From Pseudomonadota bacterium (GTDB lineage: Bacteria > Pseudomonadota > Gammaproteobacteria > Pseudomonadales > Pseudohongiellaceae): a stretch of 64,000 nt of DNA. The notes below the pieces were generated by a model. It did not search any database. It saw only the letters and a list, made by a program, of their open reading frames with translations, and was not told where the DNA came from. Below, piece after piece: positions 36,878 to 47,165 of the stretch. Both the position numbers and the translations under genes were made by a program. The stretch is taken from assembly GCA_046047495.1 (NCBI GenBank), contig JBJOHV010000018.1, positions 46,048 to 110,047 of the forward strand, written 5' to 3'. The first letter of the stretch is position 1. Each line of letters begins with the position of its first letter.

Positions 36878-37705
36878 TCAGGGTTCGGTCACGTCGTTCA
36901 AGCCCCAGTCATAGTCCAGGTAACGAATCGGAATGGCGCCTTCCCGCAGCTGGGCCGCTGTTTCAACATCGAGCCCCAGCACCTTATGATACAGCGACAG
37001 AAACTCAGCCACGGAATAGGTGCCACGCCAACCTCTTTCGAAATCCTCGCGGTACCATTTGAAGATTTCTGAAACATACAGCCTGCCGTCCTCGAAGCGA
37101 TTGCGGGAGCGGTCGGAAAGAAACAGCCGGGTTGCGTCTTCCAGTTGGCTTTCCAGCTTGGCTGCAGTGTAGGGTTCCCAGCGCAATGCGGGACAGCCAA
37201 TGCTGGCACAGTTGACGGCAAAATGAATGCGCGGTTCGTCGAAGACACCCGGTGCACGAATCAGCTCGTGCTCGATGTGATCCAGCGACACTGTCATGCC
37301 GAGCAGGGAAATGAACTTCTTCTGCCATGGAGAGCGAAAAAGGCTTCCCAGATCCCTGATCGAATCGATTCCGGGGTAACCGGTCATCACCAGATCCAGG
37401 GTCCAGGCATTGTAGGCATTGATGAGAAAGGCGAGCCGGGCCGGCCGGGGCCAGGATTCGAACTCGGATTCGGTGGTTCTTGACAGTGAAGTCAAATACC
37501 GGGTCAATTGGGCTGCTTCCCGTTCCAACGCGGCATAATCCACCTGGGTCGCCCGGCCGCCCTCCATGACCCTGACCGAGTTCTGCAGCAGCATTTCCCA
37601 ATCGGCATCCGGCTCCTGGGCTTGCAGGCCAGGGGCCAGCAGTATCATCAACAGACCAAGCAGTATTCCTTTCATCCCTTTTCCCCGTCTACCTTCAACC
37701 AGCAA
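36878..37705 (-). CDS. DUF547 domain-containing protein (secreted)
   Basis: Signal peptide 'MKGILLGLLMILLAPGLQAQ'. 'LAFLINAYNAWTLDLV', 'RIHFAVNCASIGCPAL' and 'YLDYDWGLND' are the DUF547 blocks I recognise. Confidence 0.7.
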   Translation of the reverse strand: MLVEGRRGKGMKGILLGLLMILLAPGLQAQEPDADWEMLLQNSVRVMEGGRATQVDYAALEREAAQLTRYLTSLSRTTESEFESWPRPARLAFLINAYNAWTLDLVMTGYPGIDSIRDLGSLFRSPWQKKFISLLGMTVSLDHIEHELIRAPGVFDEPRIHFAVNCASIGCPALRWEPYTAAKLESQLEDATRLFLSDRSRNRFEDGRLYVSEIFKWYREDFERGWRGTYSVAEFLSLYHKVLGLDVETAAQLREGAIPIRYLDYDWGLNDVTEP

Positions 37706-37815
37706 AATGCAGTATGCTCCGCGTTTGATCTAACTATCCGAAAAATACCAACAGGCGGCCCTGGTACGATACAAGACTTCGATCCAGGTGGCTTGCCGGA
37801 ACAGGAATCTCACAC

Positions 37816-38904
37816 ATGCCTTTTGCACAGATTACCGGTTGGGGAAAATGCGTGCCGCCCGCGGTGCTCACCAATCAGGATCTGACCACGTTCATGGAAA
37901 CCTCCGACGAGTGGATCACCTCCCGCACCGGTATTCGTGAGCGCCGCATCTGTCACTGCAATTTTTCCGATATGGCCATCGTGGCCGCCCGCAGGGCTTT
38001 GGCTGCCGCCGACCTGGACCCTGCGGAACTGGACCTGATCCTGCTGGGAAGTCTTACCGTGGACTCCCTGTGTCCCAACACGGCCTCCATCATCCAGGAT
38101 GCCATCGGGGCCCGCCAGGCCGCGGCCATCGATATCAATTCCGCCTGCACAGGCTTTCTGTATGGTCTGCATATCGGCAGCAATCTGATCAAGGCGGGTG
38201 CCCACAAAAAAATTCTGGTTATCGGTGGCGAGTTCATCAGTCATTACATGAATTGGGCGCGCCGTGATGTGGCCGTGCTGTTCGGTGGTGCCTGTGGCGC
38301 CGTGGTACTGGAGGCCAGTGAGACCGAATCCGGGCTGCTGGCGGCCCGTATCGGCTGTGAGTCCGATGCCAAATACGCCATCCAGATCACCAACCTGGGC
38401 AGTGCCTACAGCCGCCTCAGCGACGAATTCCTTTACGTGGGCTGGAATTTCGAAGGCCAGGAAGTCTTCAAGCGGGCGGTCAGGAGCATGGCACAGGCCT
38501 GTGAGGATGTGCTGGAGCAGGTTGGCCTCACCATGGAGCAGGTGGACATCGTGGTTCCCCATCAGGCCAACAAGCGCATTCTGGATGCCCTGGCCAAACG
38601 CCTGAACATCCCCGAAGAAAAAGTCATGGTCAACGTCCACAAGTACGGCAATACCTCGGCCGGCACCATTCCCGTGGCCCTGACGGAGGCGTTGGAGGAG
38701 GGCCGCATCAAACCCGGGGATCATGTGTTGATGGCCTCCTTCGGAGCTGGTTTGACCTGGGGAGCCGGGCTGGTCCGTTGGGGTGACAGGGTAACCCCCT
38801 TGCGCCTCAGTGATGCGGAATTGCCGCCTTGCGACAAAACAGCCCTGGAGATTCTGGAGCCCCATATCCGACGCTATGCGGCCCATTCGAATACGTCCAC
38901 CTGA
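37816..38904 (+). CDS. Beta-ketoacyl-ACP synthase III (FabH-like)
   Basis: 'TSDEWITSRTGIRERR'. Active-site Cys in 'DINSACTGFLYGL'. 'VPHQANKRIL' and 'GNTSAGTIPVAL' carry the His/Asn of the triad. Confidence 0.85.
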   Translation: MPFAQITGWGKCVPPAVLTNQDLTTFMETSDEWITSRTGIRERRICHCNFSDMAIVAARRALAAADLDPAELDLILLGSLTVDSLCPNTASIIQDAIGARQAAAIDINSACTGFLYGLHIGSNLIKAGAHKKILVIGGEFISHYMNWARRDVAVLFGGACGAVVLEASETESGLLAARIGCESDAKYAIQITNLGSAYSRLSDEFLYVGWNFEGQEVFKRAVRSMAQACEDVLEQVGLTMEQVDIVVPHQANKRILDALAKRLNIPEEKVMVNVHKYGNTSAGTIPVALTEALEEGRIKPGDHVLMASFGAGLTWGAGLVRWGDRVTPLRLSDAELPPCDKTALEILEPHIRRYAAHSNTST

Positions 38905-38908
38905 TCTC

Positions 38909-39235
38909 ATGCTGACACTTTCCCTGCTGGTCTGGCTGGGTGTGATCGCTACCATCGCGACATTCTGGTGGCATAGTGATGGCGTCAAAACCCTGGCCGT
39001 AGCCGAGGCCAAACGCCGCTGCCAGGACGAAGGGGTGCAATTGCTGGATCACACCTTGTTCATCGAGTCGGTGAAACCCATGCGTGACCCGTCCGGTGGC
39101 TGGTGTATGCGGCGCAGCTACCAGTTCGATTTCACCTCCACCGGGGAGCAGCGTTACCGGGGGACCATTGAAATGCGCGGCCGCACGGTTCAGCGCATAG
39201 AACTGGAACCCCATATCATGCCCGGAGGCCATTGA
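38909..39235 (+). CDS. DUF3301-like small membrane protein
   Basis: ATG 38909 lies just after the KAS III stop. N-terminal TM 'MLTLSLLVWLGVIATIATFWW'. 'AKRRCQDEGVQLLDHTL ... YQFDFTSTGEQRYRGTIEMRGRTVQRIELEPH' resembles DUF3301 members as I recall them. Confidence 0.55.
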   Translation: MLTLSLLVWLGVIATIATFWWHSDGVKTLAVAEAKRRCQDEGVQLLDHTLFIESVKPMRDPSGGWCMRRSYQFDFTSTGEQRYRGTIEMRGRTVQRIELEPHIMPGGH

Positions 39236-39238
39236 CGC

Positions 39239-40567
39239 TCAGGCGATGCTGGCCCGCAAGGCAGGCAGGTAAAACAGCAAGGCAACTGCTCTGGCCACCA
39301 CGAAGAGAATAAATGCCCACCATAGCCCCACCGCACCGTATAGGCCCAGCATCGGCCAGCACACCAGCAGGAAAAACCCGGTCGACAACAGCGCAGCATT
39401 GCGCATCGCCGCCGTGCGGCCGGCGCCGATAAAGATGCCGTCCAGCTGAAAGGCGGCAAAAGACAGCAGCACATAGATGGCCGCCAGCCAAACCATGCTC
39501 CCCGCCACCTGCCTCACCTCGGCCAGATCCGTCAGTCCCGTGATGGCAAGCGGCCCCCCCAGCCACAACAGCAGCGCCAAACCCACGGCGGTGATGACGG
39601 CAAGTTCGGAGGAGCGCCGGATGGCCAGGTCCAATCCGGCCCGGTCGCGGGCGCCCACGGCGGTGCCCACCAGGGATTCCACGACAAAGGCATAACCATC
39701 CAGAAAAAACGCCGCGAAGGACACCAGTTCGAGCAATATGTGATTGGCAGCCAGCACGGCATCGCCAAAGCGGGCACTCTGGTTGGTGAACCAGGCAAAG
39801 GAGAAAATCAGCAGCAGGGTGCGTACCATGATGTTCAGATTGGCTACCAGGGTCTTGCGCAGCTTGCTGCTATCCAGCAGGGACCCCAGAGACCAGAACC
39901 GCTCTGCAGCGCTGCGGCGCGTCGCCAGCAGGCGCACTACCACCACCAAAGCCACACCAAGGGTGATCCATTCGGCCAGCAGGGTGCCGAGGGCAATGCC
40001 TCTGGCCCCCATACCGAGATACCCGGCAAACCACACGTCCAGGCTGATATTGAGGCCATTGAGTAACAATTGCAGCAACAGGATCAGCCGGCTGTTGCCG
40101 AGGCCAATCAATACCCCCATGAGGACGAACATCGCCAGGGTGGCCGGAGCCCCCCAGATGCGCAGCTGAAAGTAGCCGGATGCCACGGTTTCCACCGGCC
40201 CGCTGGCACTCAGCAGGGAAAAGGCCAGCTCATCGATCAGCCCCCGCAGCACGATCAACAGGCAGCCAAGCATTGCGGCGATCAGCAGGGCCCGCCCCAG
40301 CGCCGCCCGCACCTCTGCTTCGTCCCCCGCCCCGGCGGCCTGGGCGACAAAACCGGTGGTGCCCATGCGCAGAAACCCGAAACTCCAATACACGAAGCTG
40401 AACAACAGTGCGCCCAGCGCGATGGCACCCAGGTCCGTGACCGTGCCCAGATTGCCCAGCACGGCGGTATCCGCCAACCCTAACAACGGTACCGTGGCAT
40501 TGGCCAGGATGATGGGCCAGGCGCGGCGCAGGATAGTGACGTGATCAATTTTCAGCAGTGCTGCCAT
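39239..40567 (-). CDS. MATE-family efflux transporter (DinF-like)
   Basis: 12-TM profile. The N-terminus 'ILRRAWPIILANATVPLLGLADTAVLG' is typical of MATE. ATG 40567 is chosen, since the track start 40669 adds a non-hydrophobic 34-aa leader that reaches into cbpA. Confidence 0.8.
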   Translation of the reverse strand: MAALLKIDHVTILRRAWPIILANATVPLLGLADTAVLGNLGTVTDLGAIALGALLFSFVYWSFGFLRMGTTGFVAQAAGAGDEAEVRAALGRALLIAAMLGCLLIVLRGLIDELAFSLLSASGPVETVASGYFQLRIWGAPATLAMFVLMGVLIGLGNSRLILLLQLLLNGLNISLDVWFAGYLGMGARGIALGTLLAEWITLGVALVVVVRLLATRRSAAERFWSLGSLLDSSKLRKTLVANLNIMVRTLLLIFSFAWFTNQSARFGDAVLAANHILLELVSFAAFFLDGYAFVVESLVGTAVGARDRAGLDLAIRRSSELAVITAVGLALLLWLGGPLAITGLTDLAEVRQVAGSMVWLAAIYVLLSFAAFQLDGIFIGAGRTAAMRNAALLSTGFFLLVCWPMLGLYGAVGLWWAFILFVVARAVALLFYLPALRASIA

Positions 40568-40658
40568 TGAGGATCCACTGTTCAGTCTCCATGTATTGGC
40601 TTGTTGGCATACCTTCGATTGCCTATCATTCTTTCGCCAGCTGGACGTATAGTACGCT

Positions 40659-41621
40659 ATGGAATTCAAAGACTATTACGAGATTCTCGGGGTGGATCCG
40701 ACGGCCGACAAAAAAGCCATCAAGACCGCCTATCGCCGTCTTGCGCGCAAGTTTCATCCCGATGTCAGCACCGAGCACGACGCCGAAAAGCGCTTCAAGG
40801 AGGTCTCCGAGGCCTACGAAGTGCTGGGTGACGATGCCAAGCGCGCCGAGTACGACCAGTTGCGCACCTACGGTCGTAAAGGGGAAAGCTTCACCCCGCC
40901 GCCGGGCTGGCAGGGTTCGACCGGCGGTTTCGGGTTTCAGGGTGGCGACTTTTCCGATTTCTTCGAAGCCATGTTCGGCGGCGGTTTCAAGCAATCCGGT
41001 CGTAGCAGCCGCGGTTTCACCAGCAGTGAAGACATGTTTTCCACCCGCGGGCAGGATGTGGAATTGGACATGCCCATCTTCCTGGAAGACACGCTCAAAG
41101 GCGAAACCAGGACCATCGAGTACAAACTGCCCCACTATGGCGAACAGGGGCGCCTCGAGGACATCCTCAAGAGCCTCAAGGTTCGCATCCCCAAAGGCGT
41201 ATTGGACGGTGAACGCATCCGCTTGAACGGCCAGGGCGGCCCCGGTTACGGTGACGGCCCCGCAGGCGATCTGTACCTGCGCATCAAGCTGGTGCCCCAT
41301 CCCCTGTTCGATGTGACAGGACGTGATCTCAACATCACCCTGCCGGTGGCACCCTGGGAAGCGGCCCTGGGCGCCAAGGTCACCGTGCCGACCCTGGAGG
41401 GCAAGATAAGTCTGACTATCGCACCCGATAGCCAGACCGGCCAACGCCTGCGGGTCAAGGGCAAGGGTCTGCCTGGCCGGAGCGGATCCGCAGCGCCCGG
41501 GGATCTGTTTGTCATTCTCAAGGTGGTCATGCCGGAGCGATCTGACGAACAGTCGCGCCGCCTGTGGCAACAACTGGCCCAGTCCAGTTCGTTTGACCCA
41601 CGGTCATCACTGAATTCCTGA
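40659..41621 (+). CDS. cbpA: Curved-DNA-binding DnaJ homolog CbpA
   Basis: J-domain '[34 protein letters not shown]'. The C-terminal '[40 protein letters not shown]' is nearly identical in pattern to E. coli CbpA. Confidence 0.9.
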   Translation: MEFKDYYEILGVDPTADKKAIKTAYRRLARKFHPDVSTEHDAEKRFKEVSEAYEVLGDDAKRAEYDQLRTYGRKGESFTPPPGWQGSTGGFGFQGGDFSDFFEAMFGGGFKQSGRSSRGFTSSEDMFSTRGQDVELDMPIFLEDTLKGETRTIEYKLPHYGEQGRLEDILKSLKVRIPKGVLDGERIRLNGQGGPGYGDGPAGDLYLRIKLVPHPLFDVTGRDLNITLPVAPWEAALGAKVTVPTLEGKISLTIAPDSQTGQRLRVKGKGLPGRSGSAAPGDLFVILKVVMPERSDEQSRRLWQQLAQSSSFDPRSSLNS

Positions 41622-41631
41622 GGATACGCCC

Positions 41632-41934
41632 ATGACCGATGAATTTGTCACATTGACCCTGACCGACATCTGCCAGGCGGCGGAACTACCGGAGACCCTC
41701 TTCCTGCAGCTGGTGGAGCACGGGATCGTGCAACCCCACGGCCAGACCCGCGAGGAGTGGATGTTCGATACCACCATGGTGGGTGTGGCCCGTCGCGCCG
41801 GGCGCCTGCATCGTGATCTGGAATTGGAGTGGTCGGCGGTTGTGCTCATCGTCGATCTGCTGGAGCAGCGGGACCGGCTGCTGAGGGAAAACCGCCTGCT
41901 GAGCCAGCGCCTGCAACGCTTCATGCTGGACTGA
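41632..41934 (+). CDS. cbpM: Chaperone-modulatory protein CbpM (MerR-like)
   Basis: 100-aa protein immediately downstream of cbpA. 'LTLTDICQAAELPETLFLQLVEHGIVQP' and a C-terminal 'LIVDLLEQRDRLLRENRLLSQRLQRF' coiled segment are present. Confidence 0.8.
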   Translation: MTDEFVTLTLTDICQAAELPETLFLQLVEHGIVQPHGQTREEWMFDTTMVGVARRAGRLHRDLELEWSAVVLIVDLLEQRDRLLRENRLLSQRLQRFMLD

Positions 41935-42015
41935 GCCAGGTTCGTTCCAGAAATAATTCAGCGCTTCCGGGTTTAGCGCCTATACTTCAGCTACCCTTTC
42001 CCAGAGGAGCACGCC

Positions 42016-42774
42016 ATGACCGACACGGAATCGTTAAAAGACGCTGGATCTCCCACCGACAGCCCAGACGCGCCGCCGGCCAATCCCCTCGCCATCGCCA
42101 TCAATGTATTTGCCGCCCCGAGCGAGGCATTCGCCGCCCTGCAGCGCAAACCAACCGTTCTGTTTCCCCTGCTGATCACCATCATTGCCACCGTGCTGAT
42201 TTACGCCTGGTACTTCCAGACGGTGGATTACGACTGGTACGTGGATGACATCATCTCCCGCATGGGCAATGCCAATGCCGAACAGCAGGAGCAGATCAGG
42301 ACTGCAATGACCCAGCAGTCCCAGACCGTGATGACGGTGACATCAACCATCGGCGGTGCCATCAGCATCCTGCTGGTGTATACCCTGCAGGCCGGTTATC
42401 TGGCCCTGGTCTCCGCATTGGGTGGGGACGGTATCCGCTTCCGCCAGTGGTTTTCCCTGATCAGCTGGACCAGCCTGCCCTACCTGCTGGTGGTGCTGGT
42501 GATGGCGGTCAACATCATCATGAGCCCCAACGGACAACTGAGCATTTACGAAGCCAACTCCCTGAGCCTGTCCAGCCTGGGTATTTCCGGGGGTGACAGC
42601 ATGATCATGCGGGGCATCCTGGATGGCACCAACCTGCCCATGTTCTGGAGTGTGGCGCTGACGGTTATGGGTTACCATCAGTGGCTCAAATGCAGCTGGA
42701 CCAAGGGCATTGCCGTAGTTCTGGCGCCTTATGCAGTAATTCTGGGCGCTTTGGCGTATTTCGCCTTGACCTGA
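42016..42774 (+). CDS. Yip1-domain membrane protein
   Basis: About 5 TM segments after a soluble N-terminus 'NVFAAPSEAFAALQRKP'. The architecture fits the YIP1 family. The assignment rests on topology and resemblance only. Confidence 0.5.
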   Translation: MTDTESLKDAGSPTDSPDAPPANPLAIAINVFAAPSEAFAALQRKPTVLFPLLITIIATVLIYAWYFQTVDYDWYVDDIISRMGNANAEQQEQIRTAMTQQSQTVMTVTSTIGGAISILLVYTLQAGYLALVSALGGDGIRFRQWFSLISWTSLPYLLVVLVMAVNIIMSPNGQLSIYEANSLSLSSLGISGGDSMIMRGILDGTNLPMFWSVALTVMGYHQWLKCSWTKGIAVVLAPYAVILGALAYFALT

Positions 42775-42808
42775 CGGTGACTGTGTTAAGGTCCGCCGTC
42801 GGAGCATC

Positions 42809-43987
42809 ATGAATATAACCAAACCTCTTTTCGTCCTCCTGGTGGTCGCGTCGGTCATTGCCGTGCCCATCGTCATGCGTTCCGTGACCGGCGCCGATGC
42901 CAAGGAGGTCACGGTGGCGACGCTGGAGCGCCGCATCATCAGCCCCTCCATCCTGGCATCGGGATTCCTGGCCCACGAAGAGGAAGTCATGCTGAGCTCC
43001 GAGGTCATCGGCAAGGTGTCCGAGGTGCTGGTGGAGGAAGGCGACCGGGTTACCGCGGGGCAGCTGGTATTGCGGGTGGACGACAGGAATCTGCGCGCCA
43101 GCCTGGAACAGGCGCAAGCCTCCCTGCGCCTCAACACCATCGATATCGAGCGACAGGAAGTCCGCATCGCCAATCTGCGCAGCCAGTGGCAACGCTCCAA
43201 GAGCCTCCATGAGCGCCGCATGATCGGCGACGATGAGTTCGACAACATCAGCAACCAGCTGGAGCTGGCTGAGATCGACCTCAAATCCGCCAAGGAACGC
43301 CTTGCACAGGCGCGGGCCCAGCTGGACCAGGTCAACGACCAGCTCAGCAAGACCCAGATCGTATCCCCCATTGGGGGTGTGATCACCAGTCTGGACATCA
43401 AGGAGGGCGAGACCGCCATTGCCAGCTCCACCAATATCCCCGGTTCCTCGCTGATGACCATCGCCAATCCCGACAGTATCTATACCGAGGTGCTGGTGGA
43501 CGAGGCGGACGTGGCTACCATTGCCCTGGGCCAGGAAGCGGAAATCGTTGCCATCGCCTACCCGGATTCCCCCATGAAAGGGGTCGTGCGTTATATTGCC
43601 AACACCGCCAAGATCGCCCAGGGTCGCCAGGGTCTGAGTTTTACCGTGAAGATCGAAATCACGGAGCCCGGCAATGTGGTGCTGCGCCCCGGCATGTCCT
43701 GCCGGGCTGAAATTTTCACCCGTCAGGATGAACAGGTGCTGACGGCTCCGCTGGCGGCTGTCATCTTCGAAGAGGATCGCGCCGCCCTGCGGACCGAGTA
43801 TTTCGTGTTCGTCAATGATGATGGCGTGGCGCGCAAAACCCGGGTCGAAGTGGGCGTATCCGATGACGAATACCAGGAAATCATCAGCGGAGTGGATGCA
43901 GGTACGCAGATCGTGATCGGCCCGGATTCGGAATTGCGCCATCTGCTGGATGGCGACCGCCTGACTGCCACTCTGTTGGAACCCTGA
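42809..43987 (+). CDS. HlyD/MacA-type periplasmic adaptor subunit
   Basis: N-terminal TM. Lipoyl-like 'VSEVLVEEGDRVTAGQLVLRVD' and 'IVSPIGGVITSLDIKEGE' flank a long coiled-coil region. Confidence 0.8.
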   Translation: MNITKPLFVLLVVASVIAVPIVMRSVTGADAKEVTVATLERRIISPSILASGFLAHEEEVMLSSEVIGKVSEVLVEEGDRVTAGQLVLRVDDRNLRASLEQAQASLRLNTIDIERQEVRIANLRSQWQRSKSLHERRMIGDDEFDNISNQLELAEIDLKSAKERLAQARAQLDQVNDQLSKTQIVSPIGGVITSLDIKEGETAIASSTNIPGSSLMTIANPDSIYTEVLVDEADVATIALGQEAEIVAIAYPDSPMKGVVRYIANTAKIAQGRQGLSFTVKIEITEPGNVVLRPGMSCRAEIFTRQDEQVLTAPLAAVIFEEDRAALRTEYFVFVNDDGVARKTRVEVGVSDDEYQEIISGVDAGTQIVIGPDSELRHLLDGDRLTATLLEP

Positions 43988-43996
43988 ACCCGTCTT

Positions 43997-44698
43997 ATGG
44001 CATTGATCGAGCTGCGTGATATCACCCGGCACTACGTCATGGGCGGCCAGACTGTCCATGCCCTGGACGGCGTCAGCCTGGATATCAACCGCAATGAGTA
44101 CCTCGCCTTCATCGGCTCATCCGGATCGGGCAAGTCCACCATGCTCAACATCCTGGGCTGCCTGGATCGACCCAGTAGCGGGCATTACCATCTCAACGGG
44201 GTCAATGTGGAAAACATGCAGCCCAATGACCTGGCTGAAGTGCGCAATCGGGAAATCGGCTTCATTTTCCAGAGTTTCAACCTGTTGCCCCGGGCGGATG
44301 CCCTGGGCAATGTGATGCAGCCGCTGATCTACCGCAATATCGGCCTGCGCAAGCGTCGTGAAATGGCGAAAGAGGCCCTGGCAAGGGTCAAGCTGGCCAA
44401 TCGCATGGACCACCTGCCCAACCAGTTGTCGGGAGGACAACGCCAGCGAGTCGCCATCGCCCGGGCCCTGGTGACCCATCCGTCCATCCTGCTGGCGGAC
44501 GAACCCACCGGCAATCTGGACTCCCGCACCACGGTGGAGATCATGGAGCTCTTTGACGAGCTGCACAATGAGGGCCAGACGGTGATTCTGGTAACCCACG
44601 AAGACGAGATAGCCCGGCATTGCCGACGCATCGTGGAACTGAAGGATGGAAGGATATTTGCCGACAGCATTTCAACCAGCTCGGCGGCGGTGCACTGA
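43997..44698 (+). CDS. ABC transporter ATP-binding protein (MacB/LolD type)
   Basis: Walker A 'GSSGSGKST'. '[10 protein letters not shown]' is present. Signature '[15 protein letters not shown]' and Walker B '[12 protein letters not shown]'. Confidence 0.9.
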   Translation: MALIELRDITRHYVMGGQTVHALDGVSLDINRNEYLAFIGSSGSGKSTMLNILGCLDRPSSGHYHLNGVNVENMQPNDLAEVRNREIGFIFQSFNLLPRADALGNVMQPLIYRNIGLRKRREMAKEALARVKLANRMDHLPNQLSGGQRQRVAIARALVTHPSILLADEPTGNLDSRTTVEIMELFDELHNEGQTVILVTHEDEIARHCRRIVELKDGRIFADSISTSSAAVH

Positions 44699-44699
44699 G

Positions 44700-45926
44700 A
44701 TGTTGTTCTCCCTGCTGGAAAGCGCCAGATCCGCCATGATTTCCATCCTGGCCCATGGCTTTCGCAGCTTCCTCACCACCCTGGGCATCGTCATTGGTGT
44801 AACCGGCGTGATCGCCGTGGTGTCGCTCACGGACGGATTGCGCACATCCGTCAGCCAGCAGTTTTCCGCGCTCGGCACCAACAGCCTGACCATTCGTTCC
44901 TATACACCGTTGCAGGATCAGATGAAGGGCATCAGGGCCAGATTGACATCCGATGATCTCGAGTCGATCGAACGGCGGGTGGATGGCATAGCCTCCATCA
45001 CTCCCATCCTCTATGCCACCCGCTCGGCCCAGATCAAATACGGCTCGCAGACCGCCTTCAGTCAGATCATGGGGACCACCTATGCCTATCAGGACGTGGG
45101 GCAGTTTTACACGGCAGCCGGCAGGTTTCTCGCCAACAGTGACGAGCAGACCCGGCGCAGGGTCGTGGTCATCGGTGATTCCGTTCGCGAAAATCTTGCC
45201 CTGCCGGAAAACCCCGTCAACGAATATATCGAGCTCGGCGGCGAGTGGTTCAAAGTGGTCGGGCTGCTGGAACCCAAGGGTGAGATGATGGGTTTCAACC
45301 AGGACGACATTGCCCTGGTTCCCTTCAGCACCATGGAAAGCATCCAGGGCAACCGCACCCAGACTGACATCCAGATTCAGCTCAGCGTCAGTGAGACCAG
45401 CGACGTGGAAACCGTTTCCCAACAAGTCAGAACCTTGCTGCGCAGCGCCCATGATCTGTCCATGGAGGACGATGACGACTTCGTCATCCAGACCCCGGAT
45501 CAGCTGATGGACACTGTGGATAACATTATCAATATGGTCACGGTGGTGGTGGGCGGTATTGTCGCCATCTCCCTGCTGGTGGGCGGGATCGGCATCATGA
45601 ATATCATGCTGGTATCGGTTACCGAGCGAACCCGTGAAATCGGCATCTGTAAAGCCATCGGAGCCAAACGCCACCATATCCTGCTGCAGTTCCTCATCGA
45701 AGCCCTGTTCCTTTCCCTGTTGGGAGGCATCATCGGGCTCGCGCTGGGCTATGGCATGGGGGCACTGATCGCCAGCAACATTCCCTCTTTCCCCCCCGCC
45801 ACCATCCCCTTCTGGGCTGCCGCCCTGGCCCTGGGATTCTCGGGTTTCGTCGGTGTCGTGTTTGGGATTCTGCCGGCTGCCAAGGCCGCCAATCTGGACC
45901 CTATCGAGGCTCTGCGCTACGAATGA
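44700..45926 (+). CDS. ABC transporter permease (FtsX/MacB type)
   Basis: ATG 44700 lies 1 nt after the ATPase stop. '[20 protein letters not shown]', a periplasmic domain, then the FtsX block '[35 protein letters not shown]'. Confidence 0.85.
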   Translation: MLFSLLESARSAMISILAHGFRSFLTTLGIVIGVTGVIAVVSLTDGLRTSVSQQFSALGTNSLTIRSYTPLQDQMKGIRARLTSDDLESIERRVDGIASITPILYATRSAQIKYGSQTAFSQIMGTTYAYQDVGQFYTAAGRFLANSDEQTRRRVVVIGDSVRENLALPENPVNEYIELGGEWFKVVGLLEPKGEMMGFNQDDIALVPFSTMESIQGNRTQTDIQIQLSVSETSDVETVSQQVRTLLRSAHDLSMEDDDDFVIQTPDQLMDTVDNIINMVTVVVGGIVAISLLVGGIGIMNIMLVSVTERTREIGICKAIGAKRHHILLQFLIEALFLSLLGGIIGLALGYGMGALIASNIPSFPPATIPFWAAALALGFSGFVGVVFGILPAAKAANLDPIEALRYE

Positions 45927-46083
45927 ACAACCGCTCCATCGGGACATCCCTCTGTCACGATCATTCCTTAAGCTAGCGCAAACTAATACACGATTGATCT
46001 GCATACTGGTTGCTAGGCGCCGCCCCAGACTATTTAATTGCAGCAGGTCATTTGAAGCCACAAAGCACGAGGAGCTTTTGCTT

Positions 46084-47097
46084 ATGGAATTCATCCCTGA
46101 ATTGGAAAGCACGATCAGCGACATGGTGCAGCCCGGTCGTGGCATTCTTGCCGCCGATGAAAGCGCCGGCACCATCGCCAAGCGATTTGCCGCGATTGGC
46201 GTGGAATCCACCGAGGAAAATCGTCGAGCCTGGCGCAGCCTGCTGGTCGAGGCACCGGGACTGGGTGATTACATCAGTGCCATCATCCTGTTCGAGGAGA
46301 CCCTGGCGCAGACGACGGCATCCGGCGACAGCATTCCCACCGCGGCCTGGCAACAGGCCATCGTGCCGGGCATCAAGGTGGACAAGGGCAAGGGACCCCT
46401 GCCCCTGTCTCCCGGCGATCTGATCACCTTCGGCCTGGATGGCCTCGCGGAGCGGCTTCGTCAGTACAAGCAGGCCGGTGCCCGGTTTGCCAAGTGGCGC
46501 GAGGTATATGCCGTGGAGCCCCAGGCGCCGACAGCCCACGGCATTCGCGCAAATGCCGAGATGCTGGCCCGCTACGCCGCTGTCTGTCAGTCTGAAGGTA
46601 TTGTGCCCATTGTGGAGCCCGAGGTGCTGATGGATGGCAAGCATGAAATCCAGCGGCATCAGGAAGTCACCGAGGCGGTTCTGCACGCCGTTTTTCACGC
46701 CCTGCACCAGCACAAGGTGGTGTTGGAGCTCATGGTACTGAAGCCAAACATGGTGCTGCCGGGCAAGGAGTGCCGCCGCGCACCCGCGGAGGAAGTCGCG
46801 CAGGCCACTTTGCGGGTTCTGCACCGCACGGTGCCGGCAGCGGTGCCCAGCATCAATTTCCTGTCCGGCGGCCAGAGTTCCCAGGAGGCCACGGAAAATC
46901 TCAATGCCATCAATCAGCAGACCGCAAGGGCTGACTGGCGCCTGTCCATATCCTATGGCCGGGCTCTCCAGGAAGAAGCCCTGAAAGCCTGGCAGGGCAA
47001 GGCTGACAACACCGTGGCCGCCCAACAGGCCCTGGTCAAACGGGCTCGCCTGAATCACCTAGCCATGGCGGGGGAGTACAAAAAAGACCTGGAGTAG
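46084..47097 (+). CDS. Fructose-bisphosphate aldolase, class I
   Basis: 'GRGILAADESAGTIAKRF', 'ISAIILFEETL' and 'GIKVDKG', with the Schiff-base Lys region 'LELMVLKPNMV'. 'LSGGQS' is also present. ATG 46084 is chosen, since the track start 45853 lies inside the upstream gene. Confidence 0.88.
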   Translation: MEFIPELESTISDMVQPGRGILAADESAGTIAKRFAAIGVESTEENRRAWRSLLVEAPGLGDYISAIILFEETLAQTTASGDSIPTAAWQQAIVPGIKVDKGKGPLPLSPGDLITFGLDGLAERLRQYKQAGARFAKWREVYAVEPQAPTAHGIRANAEMLARYAAVCQSEGIVPIVEPEVLMDGKHEIQRHQEVTEAVLHAVFHALHQHKVVLELMVLKPNMVLPGKECRRAPAEEVAQATLRVLHRTVPAAVPSINFLSGGQSSQEATENLNAINQQTARADWRLSISYGRALQEEALKAWQGKADNTVAAQQALVKRARLNHLAMAGEYKKDLE

Positions 47098-47165
47098 GTC
47101 TCGCCCAATCCGCACAATGATCGATAACCAGTTGTTCCTTTCACAGCCATCAATGGAGCGTCATC

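Noticed and set aside
37810-39012. Long antisense ORFs opposite well-supported genes. Examples: 37810..39012(-) vs KAS III; 58590..59876(-) vs the LivK-like gene; 44541..46211(-) vs the MacB permease; 42686..44059(-) and 42343..43467(-) vs the MacA/Yip1 genes; 31842..32909(-) vs the ATP-grasp gene; 49062..50114(+) and 50796..51482(+) vs the TonB receptor; 30706..31653(+) and 29296..30075(+) vs the transglutaminase; 46048..47058(-) vs the aldolase; 61817..62728(-) and 62565..63437(-) vs livG/F.
   Set aside because: The sense-strand products carry clear family motifs. The antisense translations are low-complexity (Gly/Arg/His/Ala/Pro-rich) with no recognisable motifs. This is the usual stop-codon-poor shadow-ORF artefact of GC-rich DNA.
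45853-46083. 5' extensions of track ORFs into upstream genes or gaps. These include 45853 for the aldolase, 5917 for the MFS gene, 11774 for the 200-aa ORF, 35017 for Anbu, 40669 for the MATE gene, 44646 for the permease, 62649 for livF, 26258 for the CHAD gene, 52709 for the Trx fusion, 38810 for the DUF3301 gene and 31776 for the ATP-grasp gene.
   Set aside because: The extensions overlap neighbouring coding regions or add non-conserved leaders. Internal ATG/GTG codons coincide with family-typical N-termini and with stop/start junctions or RBS-like sequences, so the shorter models are preferred.
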